A DNA stretch of 47,515 bases from Craspedostauros australis (Eukaryota). Of the stretch, positions 1-10,999 are shown in pieces. How positions within the stretch are numbered: position 1 is the stretch's first letter; the number at the start of each line of letters is the position of its first letter. The position numbers were made by a program, and so were the translations under genes. The stretch covers positions 1 to 47,515 of the forward strand of contig JALAGF010006492.1 in the NCBI GenBank assembly GCA_030167865.1. Direction: 5' to 3'. Under the pieces are notes generated by a model. The model did no database searches. It saw only the letters and a list, made by a program, of their open reading frames with translations, and was not told where the DNA came from.

Positions 1-162
1 TGCCTTGTGTGCATGCATCCATCCATCAGCTCTCCCCCATGAGTCCCCATCCGCACTTCCACGGTTACCGACACGCGATATCATGCAAGCATGCGTGAGT
101 GTACACACAGACATCACGAACATCTTGATCGCATACGAGCGCAGGTTTGTTCCAAAACTCAC

Positions 163-628
163 CCCTGTTGTCGCCCATTGCTGTCCTCTTCTCGGCGGTT
201 TCCATTACACTCTGCATCCTCTTGTGCAAGAACTCCTCTCTGTATTGTGGTACAGATCGTGGTGGTTGCGGGGCATCGAACAACGTACATCGTTGCAGAA
301 AATAGAGGTAGCAGTTGCCATGCATCATATCGTTGACAATATGTCGACGCAAGGTTGCGGAAGGCAGAAGAAGAAAGACGAACGAACATGGGTGAGATGC
401 GTTTTGGTGATGAGACGTTCATGGTTGAAAGACAAGGCTCAAAGTTGGGATACGGCAATTCTTCTGTTGCAATACGAAAATTGCTTGCGCTTACCTTTTT
501 TCTGCTGCGACGAGGCGCCCGCGAAGCTCCTTGATGGTGGCCTGTGGGTTTGTCGCTGGAGCATGGACGGTTGAGCTCTTGGAGACCGTCGACTTGGTCT
601 TCTTCTTTCCGAACATTCTGCGAAACAT
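163..628 (-). CDS. SNF7: ESCRT-III Snf7/CHMP4 (Vps32)-family protein, 5' part (exons 628-495 and 239-163; gene continues beyond the left edge)
   Basis: Manual splicing gives MFRRMFGKKKTKSTVSKSSTVHAPATNPQATIKELRGRLVAAEK-R-EEFLHKRMQSVMETAEKRTAMGDNRG. This matches the Snf7 N-terminal pattern FGKKK...PQ.TI..LR...EKREE.L.K. Intron 494-240 is GTAAGC...CAG in phase 2; the next donor GTGAGT is at 162. Confidence 0.75.
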
Positions 629-2711
629 TGTGGATGTATTTGGTTGGATGCTTGCTTGTTGCTTGTTGCTTGTTGTCTGGAGGAGTCACAAAGATGGACG
701 GACAAGAACGACGATGTAGAAGTTTGAGGTTGTGGATGACGGATTATTGTCGTGTGTTTTTGTGGGCCGGGTGAGTCAGTCGACCTGCACTTTGTTACGA
801 TCCGTGTGAGCGAAAAGCGGTGCGGTTCACCACTTTGGCCAAGGTCGCACTCCCTGCATCCAACGAAGAACGCAGTGCGCGATCAAGCAGGGATACGTGG
901 GAAACGGTTAAAATGGGGTTAACATGCGAACACGGGCATCGCCCAACCATGAGGGACTAGAGAACTCTGTGACGGTCCTACACGGTCCAATAACCCTTAA
1001 AATCTGAATCTTTGGGGTTTACCACCCTCAATACCAATGCATGTGTGTGTTGACTTGGTTTATCATACACATCCGGTCACGTGAGCCAAGAGCAAGTACG
1101 TAGGGACTTCCTGAAGAGGCGATGATAATACTGGGACCCCGCTCCAAGTGTTAGAACAAAATCAAGGATGGGATTCCGCACCGAAACGTAGAGGGATCAG
1201 ATTGTTGTTGGGGTAAGGATGAGTGTTGTTATTGAGTATTATTCATATGAGTAGGTGGAATGCTGTCAAGCTCACAAGATTGTATTCTTGGAACTGTGAG
1301 CATGAGAGAGGCATGACATGATCTCATGCAATTGCAGGTAAAATTAACATGGAGACAACATGACAAATGTGCGTGTTACTGCATGAAGATGAGTTGCAAA
1401 AGTCAATGAACAAAAACACCGCGACACCCCGTGTCGTGAATCACAACTCCCCACGATGTCGCTAGTCGTACGATCACACGATTGATCGTATTCACTTGAG
1501 AAGGTCGTGGTAAGATTCGCACATGTCACACCCAAGATCCAAGTCTGTCCTGATTGGGCAGAATGGTTCATCTTGGCAAGAAATCAATTTCCGCGACATT
1601 TTGGATCTGTATTGACGGGAAAACGGTTCTTGCGACGCGAAATGTGACACAGATTTGACACAACGGATTTTCGACCAGAATTTCCGTTCGGAACAGAAAA
1701 GGTAAGAAAAGTGGAGATTTCTGATTGGTCAACGGGTGTCACTACTGTTAGAGATCCAGCGTTGCGCTGATACTCCCCAAAGCGTGTCCTGGACATTCAT
1801 GTCTTGTAGGTTGAGGGAAAGGCCTCGGTGTGTCCTTTCCAAAAGAGGAGGGGCTTCACCAGGGGCCAGAAGACAGCCCACGGGAGGAACTTCGTCATCA
1901 CGTCGGCAACGTTCTGCGTGCCGGGGATCTTGATGAAGAAGAGGATGCCAGCGGCGACAGCGGGCCGGACGCAATGGTAGGCCAGGGCGTTGTGGCGCTT
2001 GTGTTAGCAAGTTCTGTGATTGGAAGCCTACGATCGTGGAAGATGGTGTTGGTTGATAGTTGTTCGTTTGCTATTTCATTTTGTTGAGACTCCAATCCTC
2101 TCGGTGTCCGTTCTCTTGCCCGATGCTCTCAGCACGTTTGACTGTCTCATAGATTCAGTCTCCAACTATGAGTTGGTGTGCGAGATGCTCTCTCGCTACT
2201 CTTCGTATTCTCTCTCTCTCTCAATATTGTGTACTTGTGCTACACAATACTTCACGTTCGATGTGTACTCTGCATTCGACACTCCGTTCGTTTACCACTG
2301 GTTCCTACTCCATGAGTACTTACCATTTGAACTTCACCTCTCGTATCCATGATCTTGATGTCCTTCGGTCATCAGATCTTCACCTCCAGCTCTGACATGG
2401 AGACAGATGTCGATGTGGTGATACGATGACATCCTGTTGACGTCAGTAGGCGTCCTTCTGCTCTCCAGATGTCACGTTCCACTGGTGATGCAGTGGTCTG
2501 TCAGATGATTTTGTCATCTGAGGTTTAGTTGGGAGGTACCTCGAGATTCTCTTGGTACCATATGTCTCCATTGATGGATGGACAGACGATGTTCCTGATT
2601 CTCAGAAATCGTTGATTGCAAATTTCCTCCCAAAATTCTGCTCATTTTCGTGTGTTCCATTTCCGCTGTAATTCTGACGAATCACAGCATATTATCGACA
2701 CGAGTGTAGTT

Positions 2712-3347
2712 TTACCGTCCAAGTACGTATGAGAGAATAACGGGTGAACGATGCACATATACACGTATATCTCGACATACACTCACATGTACATCTCGAC
2801 ACTCATCTGTATTTTGGTTGGGAACGTCCATGTCCGCACCATGACTGGTCGAGGTGCTGTTCCCTGAGGATGAGACGTTGGTGTGGTGTGAATAAGAGGC
2901 GTTGCTGAACATGGATGTGTTGCGGCAGAGGTTGTGGTACCGCGACGTCTTGTAGTGCTTGTCTAGTTCCGCCGATCCCCTCCCAACACTCAGCGCACGG
3001 ATGAGCTCTTCGACACAGCTGCTGTCCAATTCGACTTGCGTCTTGTCAAGCAGAGTCAGTTTGGTGCCTGCATGTTCACACACTGCGTTGATGGAATACC
3101 AGTGCACAACCCAGTGATTCTTGGGGAGGGACTTGAGGACAAGACCACAGAGGATGCTTTGGACCTTGCCCTTGCTGTTTCCAGAGGTCACAAGAGGTCC
3201 ACAGGGACTCGATACGTGGCTTCCAGGACGGATCTTCATGGTGGGATGTTCAGTGGAGAGTAGATAGAGAGGAGGACGATATCGGTTGGGCTAGAGAAAA
3301 GCTGGTGCTGCACCTGTTGTTGGTGTTTCATCTGTTGCTGTTGCCAT
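2712..3347 (-). pseudogene. Degenerate ORF with one in-frame TAG (possible transposon-protein N-terminus)
   Basis: The ATG at 3347 (MATATDETPTTGAAPAFL*PNRYRPPLYLLSTEHPT) is in frame with the 2712..3239 ORF (MKIRPGSHVSSPCGPLVTSGNSKGKVQSILCGLVLKSLPKNHWVVHW). A single TAG interrupts it, which could be a CAG>TAG change. Confidence 0.3.
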
Positions 3348-3684
3348 AGTCACAGTTGTGTTACTACATCCTCCTCATGACGTCATGATGACACGAAGAA
3401 CGGAAATTAATTTTCAGACATGCTTCCGAGAGTGGATCCGAGTGGTCAAACAGCATTCCGATGGTCATGGGAGCACTAAACGCGAGCATACCAACACACC
3501 ATAGCAATACAACAATGTATAGATCATATTATTATGACCGCCTCGGAGAGAAGATTCTGAAATGATATCTATTGTACAGATTGAGCCAAAGACCGCTAAG
3601 TCCGGAGACTTCAAAGATGGAGGGTCGAATTTCTCGAAGAAAAAAAAGAGGCCAGATCCTACCAGACTCCTGTAGAATTCTACG

Positions 3685-3952
3685 TGTAGCCAACTGTAGC
3701 CAACGATATCCAAAAAACATCCGGTCTGTCCGTCGATCGACGGCAAAACCACACCAAGGGGATCAATAAACACATTAAGATCGACGAGATGGTAGTAACA
3801 ACAAGATAATGTTATTACTTTCCTGGATAGCCCTGAGTCTTAAGTTCACGTAGATGTAAGGAGATATTCGATTGAGTGGCTACAGATTCAAGTCTGAGAT
3901 CGGGAAAAATGGATCCAAAATCTGTATCCAACTGTAGCCAATTGTAGCCAAA
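3685..3952. repeat. Two clusters of an imperfect 10-bp unit TGTAGCCAAC plus one inverted copy
   Basis: tgtagccaac-tgtagccaac-gatatccaaa at 3685; tgtatccaac-tgtagccaat-tgtagccaaa at 3923; inverted tggctaca at 3877. Confidence 0.7.
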
Positions 3953-4416
3953 AATCGCCAATTTTTTGGTCTGGCTCTTTGAGGCACGAGGTTTGTACAA
4001 CGAACCTGCACATTCTGCCCTTGTTGCAGGAGGTGGCACGATTCTTTTGCGTTTGTGGACGGTTTTGTGATGGCACGAAGGACTAAGATAGTCGCTGATT
4101 GAATGGATGTCCCAGGATGACCCTCGGAGAACACGAAGAAGGTGAAAAGGGTACAACCCCGCACATGCGAAGGATCCACGCGAAGAGAGGCTTCTCAAAC
4201 CGAAACCGTTCGTTGGCTTCACACAGAACAGCACAGTCACGAAACTCTCGCGACACCAACCGGGACCAGGCAAGACCGATCAAGACGAAGGAAGCATCAA
4301 ACAAGACAAGAGGCAAGACCCCCAAGAGCGAAAGCCAAACAAAGCCTGGAGGAGACCGCACATCATACCAACGATACGAGTGCTCGTGCTATACCAGCAA
4401 TCATCCACTGCACACT

Positions 4417-4486
4417 CACATACACGCACATACACGCACATACACGCACATACACGCACATACACGCACATACACGCACATACACG
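4417..4486 (+). repeat. Perfect tandem repeat (CACATACACG)x7
   Basis: Read directly; it ends 55 nt upstream of the calmodulin-like ATG. Confidence 0.95.
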
Positions 4487-4541
4487 ACGACATATCATAC
4501 TAAAATAGCAACGGGCTCTCACTCTCGAAACAGAAAGCATC

Positions 4542-5695
4542 ATGGTTGAATACAGCGAAGAGCAGATCGCGGAGTTCAAGGAAGCCTTCGCGCTTTTCGA
4601 CAAGGATGGCGATGGTGAGTTGGGTATCTTCCTGATACTTCATCGATGCATCGAACTCACGGAGGGTGACAGATAGCATTCACGCGCATCAATCAGTCAA
4701 TCAGTCAATCATTCACTAACTGCTCTTCCTTGCTTTGCTTTGCTTCGTTCTGCGCTGGTGTCACGATGGGAAAACAGGCACAATCGACAGCGACGAATTG
4801 GGCAGCGTGATGAGATCGCTTGGCCATCAGCCAACCGAGGCCGAGGTCCAGGACATGATCAACGAAGTAAGTCGTGGTTCATCGTGACCTTGCTGCTGCA
4901 GAATGTGCGCACATCTCTCAGGCGGCGGCTGCGTTGGAAGTCTGATGCGGTGTCGGAGGACCATGCTGTCATCGACGATGGTGGATGCGACTTGGCGTGA
5001 AGCTTAAATTGCCCAATCTCAGCACTCTGTCCAAGCTGCGGAAGTCGACGAAGGTGGGGGTGAAGTTATTGCTCGCAGTAAACGAGGCCGACCCTCTTCC
5101 TGACTTCGTTCCGCATGCTCTGGGTGACGCATGCTCGTATGCTCGCATGCAGTTCGGTTGTTTTCGCATTTCAGTTTCTCATTTTCATTTCGCCCAATTG
5201 TTGTATCTCTTCATCACGTGTTTGGTACTGTTGGCTCGGATATGAACAATGACTTGGACATCATCCGCCATCATCCGCATCCGAATGCTTGCATGATCGC
5301 ACGACCGCACATGCAATGCACTCGTCCACAAACCCACAACATCCATCCAACAATGCCACAACGGTGGGCACGCAACCAAACATCTCTGTCCACTGCATCG
5401 ACAGGCTGACATGGATGGCAATGGAACGATCGACTTCACAGAGTTCATCGAGATGATGCCAGCCGCTGCCGCGAGGGAAAAGGACGTTGATGCGGAAGAT
5501 GAAATGCTCGAGGCCTTCAAGGTGTTCGATTCGGACGGGAACGGAATGATTTCATCCGAGGAGCTGCGACAAATCATGCACAACCTGGGAGAGAAGCTGA
5601 CCACGGAAGAGGTCGACGAGATGGTGCGCGAGGCTGACATCGACGGTGATGGCCAAATCAATTATGAGGAGTTCGTTCGAATGATGTTCAAATAG
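4542..5695 (+). CDS. Calmodulin / calmodulin-like protein, 150 aa, 4 EF-hands (exons 4542-4614, 4778-4866, 5405-5695)
   Basis: Begins [56 protein letters not shown] loops are [36 protein letters not shown] and [12 protein letters not shown], and NLGEKLT is retained. Both introns are GT-AG and keep the frame. Confidence 0.92.
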
Positions 5696-6530
5696 ATGAT
5701 GTGCCATTCGTCCCATGGAAGCAAGTGAACGAGCAGGCAGTGAACAAGCAAGCGCAGGCAAGCCAATCGCCAGACACCACGTACATGCCCATTCACCTCG
5801 TCTTCGTCGAATGGGGAAAGCTATGCTCTGCGCCATTCCGTCCTTCCAACCTTGCCTGAGAGGTCAGCTCTTCCAATATTTCGTTATCCTACTCCTACAA
5901 GTAAGATCTATTATATGTATGTCTCACTGCACACATCATCATGGCGCCTCTTCGTTGACCAGGCAAGGGCAGAGCATGAAAATACAGAAAAATCTAATAA
6001 AAACCAAACACATTGTAGAATAGCTCGCAGCAGCCGTGAACACAAAGACAAGCGGAGCACCCGCAGAGAGCGGAGAAGTTGCCGATGCGTCTCGTGTTTG
6101 GAATGCTGCACCAAGCTGCTCCAAAAAGATACGCTGCGGTGGACTCCAATGTGTGGATGGCATTGTACCAAACGAGAGGGCTCCTCACGGAGCGCAACAT
6201 GCACACGGTTGAACGATCTTGTATCGCAGAGCATCTCCATGCCAGCCTGTCCCCAACACATGGATTGCCTTGCCAAGATCACAGCCACGCACTACCGTGC
6301 TGGAATGGTGTGCTACGAGCTACGGATGAGCAATCATTAGCACGTATGGGAGGCAGAGTAGAGCATTGCACAAAGTGGCAGTACCTCAGCAATCCAATAA
6401 AACAACTGCTCAAGGCAAGTCTGACTCACTACTCGTGCGAGGGTTTCGCATCCTGCGCTTGTGTTGCGATTGCTATTTGCATGTAACGTATTGTATTATG
6501 GAGTAAAATACTTCACTTGGATCATCCACT

Positions 6531-8040
6531 TCATGCGTCGATGTACCCCATCTTGACCAGCTCTTCGTGCGCGATCATGAAGATCTGTCCCAGCCAGAGG
6601 ACCTGGAGAACGCTGAGGAGACCCAGGGCCACGTAGGTGAATTGCAGGTAGGTCTTGCGCGCGAGCATGCGCGGGTTTTCGGTATCGCAGAGGGCATTCC
6701 AGGCATCGCGGCAGTAGTAGTAGCTGACGGTGGACCAGAGGAAGACGCGGCAGATGATGAAGAGGACAGCGAAGGCGCCGCCCAGGACGGCCTTGCCGGT
6801 GGGCCAGGCCTCACCGAGGCCGATGGCGCCGTGCTCGTCATCGAAGTTGGCGAGGAGACAGAGGACGGCGGTGGAGATTTCGGAAATTCCAAAGTAGAAA
6901 GGGACGTAGTTGTGGACCGTGCCGGGGAACATGGATCCCCAGGCCGTGAAGAGGCAGATGATGTGATGCATGATGAATTCTGGTCCATCGCCCCAGACGA
7001 TGGTGTCGTAGAGGTTCTTGATCTGGTAGGAGAAGAAGAAGAGATTTATCCTCTGGCTCTCTGGCTGGTAGGTGAAGAGGCGCTTGTCGTATCCCGCTGG
7101 TGGCATGTCATTCTTTCCCAAAATGACGGTGTTGTAGATTGGCATGAGCATGTGTCGGCACTTGTAACCGAGGTAGGCAACCACGAAGCAACTGAGACTG
7201 TCGATGCCGATGTGTCTGGCGAGAATGTGGCGGTTGGTTTCGCTGGCGAGCACCCAGTGGGAATCCTGTGATCGTCAGCGTCATCGTCAGCGTCATCGTC
7301 AGCGTCATCGTCAGCGTCATCGTCAGCGTCGCCATCAGTACCGTCGTATTTATTGACGTTGCATTTGCCGTCATCGCAGTTGTTGTCGCGGTTGTTGTTG
7401 TTGTTGATTGTAAACGCGCGTGCGGCGCACATCGATGAAGGACCCGAGGATTGCGACGTTCGTTTGATTTTCAGCACGGCGGAGAGGAATCGAATGGTGA
7501 TGTCATGTGTCGGATGCATGTGGAGATGTCAATTCGCGACGTGACGTGACATGAAACGGCGTGACATGGAGTGTCATGAGATGGATCGACAGAAAAGAAA
7601 ACGAAATGGTGAAGAGGGATGGATGAAGTGGAAAAATTGGAAGGATGAAATCCAAGAGATGAATGTGAGAGACTGGAACACAGAGATGCATGCGAGCAAC
7701 GGTGCCCATCCTGCATCATGGAAGGGATGCACCACGCAGATTTCGCGCAATGCCATGCAACGCAACGCGACACGATACCACACCACATCATGCCATGTCA
7801 TGTGATGTCATCTCATGTGTGACTCTCTTGGTGGCGTACCTTGATGGAATCGAAGTAGGCCTGCATGATCTTTTCAATGATGAGCAGCACCGTGAAGAAG
7901 AAGGCGCCAGTGACAGCCATCTTCTTGCGGCATGGCAGGCCGCCCTTTTCGCCGACGTACGAGTCCACCGAAAGGAGGAGCATGGAGGAGATGCCTCCGC
8001 CGCCGCTGCTGGTGGTGGTTGCGGTGTTTGCTTTGCACAT
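6531..8040 (-). CDS. TLC (TRAM/LAG1/CLN8)-domain multi-pass membrane protein, ~311 aa (exons 8040-7840, 7265-6531)
   Basis: TLC-type motifs FIMHH, GISEISTAVL, LFIICRV and LQVLWLGQI lie in hydrophobic helices. Intron 7839-7266 (GTACGC...CAG) joins YFDSIK to DSHWVLASE in frame. Confidence 0.8.
7271..7330 (-). repeat. 12-bp tandem repeat x5 (GACGCTGACGAT on the transcribed strand) immediately upstream of the TLC intron acceptor
   Basis: (atcgtcagcgtc)x5 on the + strand; the acceptor CAG is at 7268-7266. Confidence 0.9.
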
Positions 8041-8617
8041 GATTGAGTTGAATTGAATTGAATTGAATTGGATCCAATTGAGTAGAGAGTGTGCTGTGGG
8101 TACTTTGGTGGATCAAGTGAACGCGTGGATTGATGAATACTCGCAGGGCTCACAGATGATGGTGGGTGGTGGATGAACTCGGAGCAAGAATATGAGGATG
8201 CTCTTGCTGTCGTCGACTTGTGTTTGTATGGTATTATACGTGTGCTAGTACGGGTATGTATGACGCGATCGAAGTGTTTTGCTCGAGTATTGTGTTGTGT
8301 TGTGTTGCGCTGCGTTGCGTTGTGTTGTGTTTGCACCGAACAGATTGATTCTGTGAGATGGTTGAAGAGGTCGGCTGAGAAAGGATGGAGGCACGAATGG
8401 ACGCAACCGCAAATACAACCACCGATCAACCAAAAGATGATGTGCCACATTTCATCCACCCACGAGTTCACGGACATGCACACGTCCTCCCACGAAGCCA
8501 CAAACACAAAAGGAAACGCAAGCACAAGGACGGATCGGTTCCCCCACACCCGAATTTGGATGACAGCGACGTGTGTTTTGTCTCTGTGTTTGAAGGTGTG
8601 ACATGTGTTGAGAAAAG

Positions 8618-9083
8618 TGACGTTGTTGTATCCATCTGCAACTGTCACGGTGCCAAAACAGATACCACGTTTTGTCTTCACAAGGTACTACGATTAAAAT
8701 ATACTTTATGATTAGTACTGTCGTGGTGGTTGTCAGGAGTGACTTAGTCCTTCTGATCAAGTGGATCAACGCTTGCATTTCATCACGACCAAGTCATGTG
8801 TACAATAACGGCTATCTTCAAGCGTTTTCGTCAGCGTGGTATCTGCGGACGACTGACAGACTGCTTCTTTCCGCTTTTCCGTGACGTGTCTTGCACAACG
8901 AGCGCATCCGCCTGGTTTGGTCGGATAGGATCACCACGTCATTAGATTTGGATACGTCATCACTATTAGCGCGCAGCCACGACGTGACGAGGATCATTGG
9001 TCTTCACGGATGCACACGCACACACGCAGTCGCTGCTGTTGTTGGCATGGTTGCTGGGAGCAACGTCACAGCGCATCACGTCA
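8618..9083. promoter_or_regulatory. Cluster of six TGACGT/ACGTCA bZIP-type (CCRE-like) elements upstream of the carbonic anhydrase
   Basis: TGACGT at 8618 and 8882; ACGTCA at 8936, 8954, 9063 and 9078. These are the same hexamers as the CO2/cAMP-responsive elements of diatom CA promoters. Confidence 0.65.
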
Positions 9084-9353
9084 CGTTGCCACATGGGCTG
9101 TTGTGTGAGCATGGTCCAAGTACTGTTGTTGTCGTTGCCCAACAAGGCGGTTATCCTCGTTTCCGTTCTTTCCCTGGTGGCTGATTTCCGCCTGACGGAA
9201 ACGCACAACCCGCATCTCCCTTGACCTTTCTGCATCCGTTCCCGATCTCATCTCCTTCCCCTCATCTTTTTCAATCGAGAGCGACATCAACTCCCTCACC
9301 CGTTCTTCAAGACAACACCCAACGACCAACCACGTCCAACACCATCCAACATC

Positions 9354-10699
9354 ATGTTCAGCCGTACCGCCGTCCTGGCCCTCGTCGCCACCGCCGCACC
9401 AATGGGTGCCTTCGCTGCCACCAGCGCTCCATTCTCTTACGACCCAAGCGCCGTCAACGGCCCAGCCCAGTGGGGTGTCCTTCCAATCGACAACAACCAG
9501 TGCGATGGAAAGAAGAACAGCCCAATCGCTGTCCAGACCAAGGCCTGCGACCGCTTCGAGGATTACTCCTTCTCTGTGAGTTCTTGACGATGGCTGTGGA
9601 TGATCCGATGGAGCCTGATAGTTCTGCTTGTGTTGGGCTGAAGCAAAATGGAATGGAATGCCAAACATGTGATTGCGATCGCATCAGCCACGGTGATCTG
9701 GAAAGATGAAGAGACCATGAGAAAGCCTCATGGAAAGGGCTGCCGCGAAAATACCGATTGCAGACTGACATGACAACTCACATAATCACTTGCATTCCCA
9801 CTGTCCGCCCATCACTCATCATCACCACTTGGCGACTATCATAACAGCGCGGAACATGCCGTCCGGCTGACCTCAGCTACGCGCTGACCAACACCGGTGT
9901 CAAGGCGTCTTACCCAGGCACCGGATGCACCAACCCAACCTTCAAGATCCCGGGCATCGAGGGAACTTACCAGGCCCTCCAATTCCACGTGCACACCAGC
10001 TCCGAGCACACCATCGACGGAGAGTACTTCGGTGCCGAGCTCCACACCGTCCACGCCGAGGTCGATGGAGACCGTTTCGCCGTCGTCGGAATGATGATCC
10101 AGCCAGACGCCGATGAGACCAACAAGCTCTTCGACCTCCTTCTCGATGGATGGCAGAACGTCTTCGCTGGAAACGACGATGTTTGCGGCGTCGCCAGCGG
10201 ATCCCGCATGCTCGAGGCCACCGGCCGCAACCTCCTCGCCGAGGCCGAGCAGGTCGTCATTGCTCCATACGACCTCATCGAGCCAGGTGCCACATTCTAC
10301 CACTACGACGGAGGCCTCACCACCCCACCATGCTCCGAGGTCGTCTGGTGGAACTTGGCCGACGAGCCAGTCTCCATCACCCCATCCCAGTACGCACGTC
10401 TCGCTCGTCTCGTGCTGAGATACACCGACAAGGACTCCTGCAAGCTGGGCACCAACGCCGGACCAGCCGGAAGCACAAGCCGCCCACCGCAGCCACTCAA
10501 CGGACGTGTCGTCGAGCGCATCTGCCCAGTCGGATTCGACGATCCAATGAAGCCAATGCCTGCCCCAACCGCTGACGAGACTTCGTCTGATTCCGCCGAG
10601 GCTCCAGTTGCCGCACCAACCGCTGATGACTCCAGTGCGTCTACCCTGACTTTGGGACTTGCTTCGGTTGCCGTCGCCGCCATGGCCTTCCTCTTCTAA
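9354..10699 (+). CDS. Alpha-type carbonic anhydrase, secreted, probably GPI-anchored, ~357 aa (exons 9354-9575, 9848-10699)
   Basis: Motifs FSYD..GP.QW, NSPI, Zn ligands QFHVH...SEH...AELHTVH, and YDGGLTTPPCSE.V.W. It has an N-terminal signal peptide, a Pro/Ala/Ser/Thr/Asp spacer and a C-terminal hydrophobic tail LTLGLASVAVAAMAFLF. Intron 9576-9847 is GTGAGT...CAG. Confidence 0.92.
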
Positions 10700-10999
10700 A
10701 GCCTCAGCCAACCACCGTCGCTTACTGAACCAGACCACCTTAAATTTTTACTAGACCAAGCCACAACGCGCTTCCACGCAACTTCAAGTCACGTTTGCCA
10801 TAGGCGTGCTCGTCGCATGAAGCATTGGAAAACGAGTATAGCACCGAGACCATCAATACCTTTGAATAGCATCGCACTATTGAAAACTGTTTAAAACCCT
10901 CCTCAAATCCTGCCCAAAGTGATCTATCGACTCCGCTGATCATCATTCTGCTCTGTGCCTCCCTTTCTCTTCAAAAACCTCAACGCCTCTCACTCCACC

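Larger units (their letters stand above)
800..4300. mobile_element. Gene-free island, probably decayed repeat/transposon-derived DNA (family not identifiable)
   Basis: About 3.5 kb between SNF7 and the calmodulin-like gene has no recognisable intact gene. It contains stop-interrupted frames and short direct and inverted repeats. I found no TIR, LTR or TSD, and the boundaries are approximate. Confidence 0.3.

Noticed and set aside
5..574. 189-aa plus-strand ORF
   Set aside because: It has a non-ATG start and no motifs, and lies antisense to the Snf7 exons and introns.
1739..1747. CACTA-like terminus, and TTAA sites near 909-1000 as piggyBac ends
   Set aside because: I could not find a matching inverted terminus or target-site duplication.
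4099..4603. Overlapping His/Thr- or Cys/Val-rich ORFs
   Set aside because: They are translations of the stop-free 10-bp tandem repeat upstream of the calmodulin-like gene.
7271..7330. Tandem repeats (here and at 4417) as CRISPR-like arrays
   Set aside because: There are no unique spacers and no cas genes, and the context is eukaryotic.
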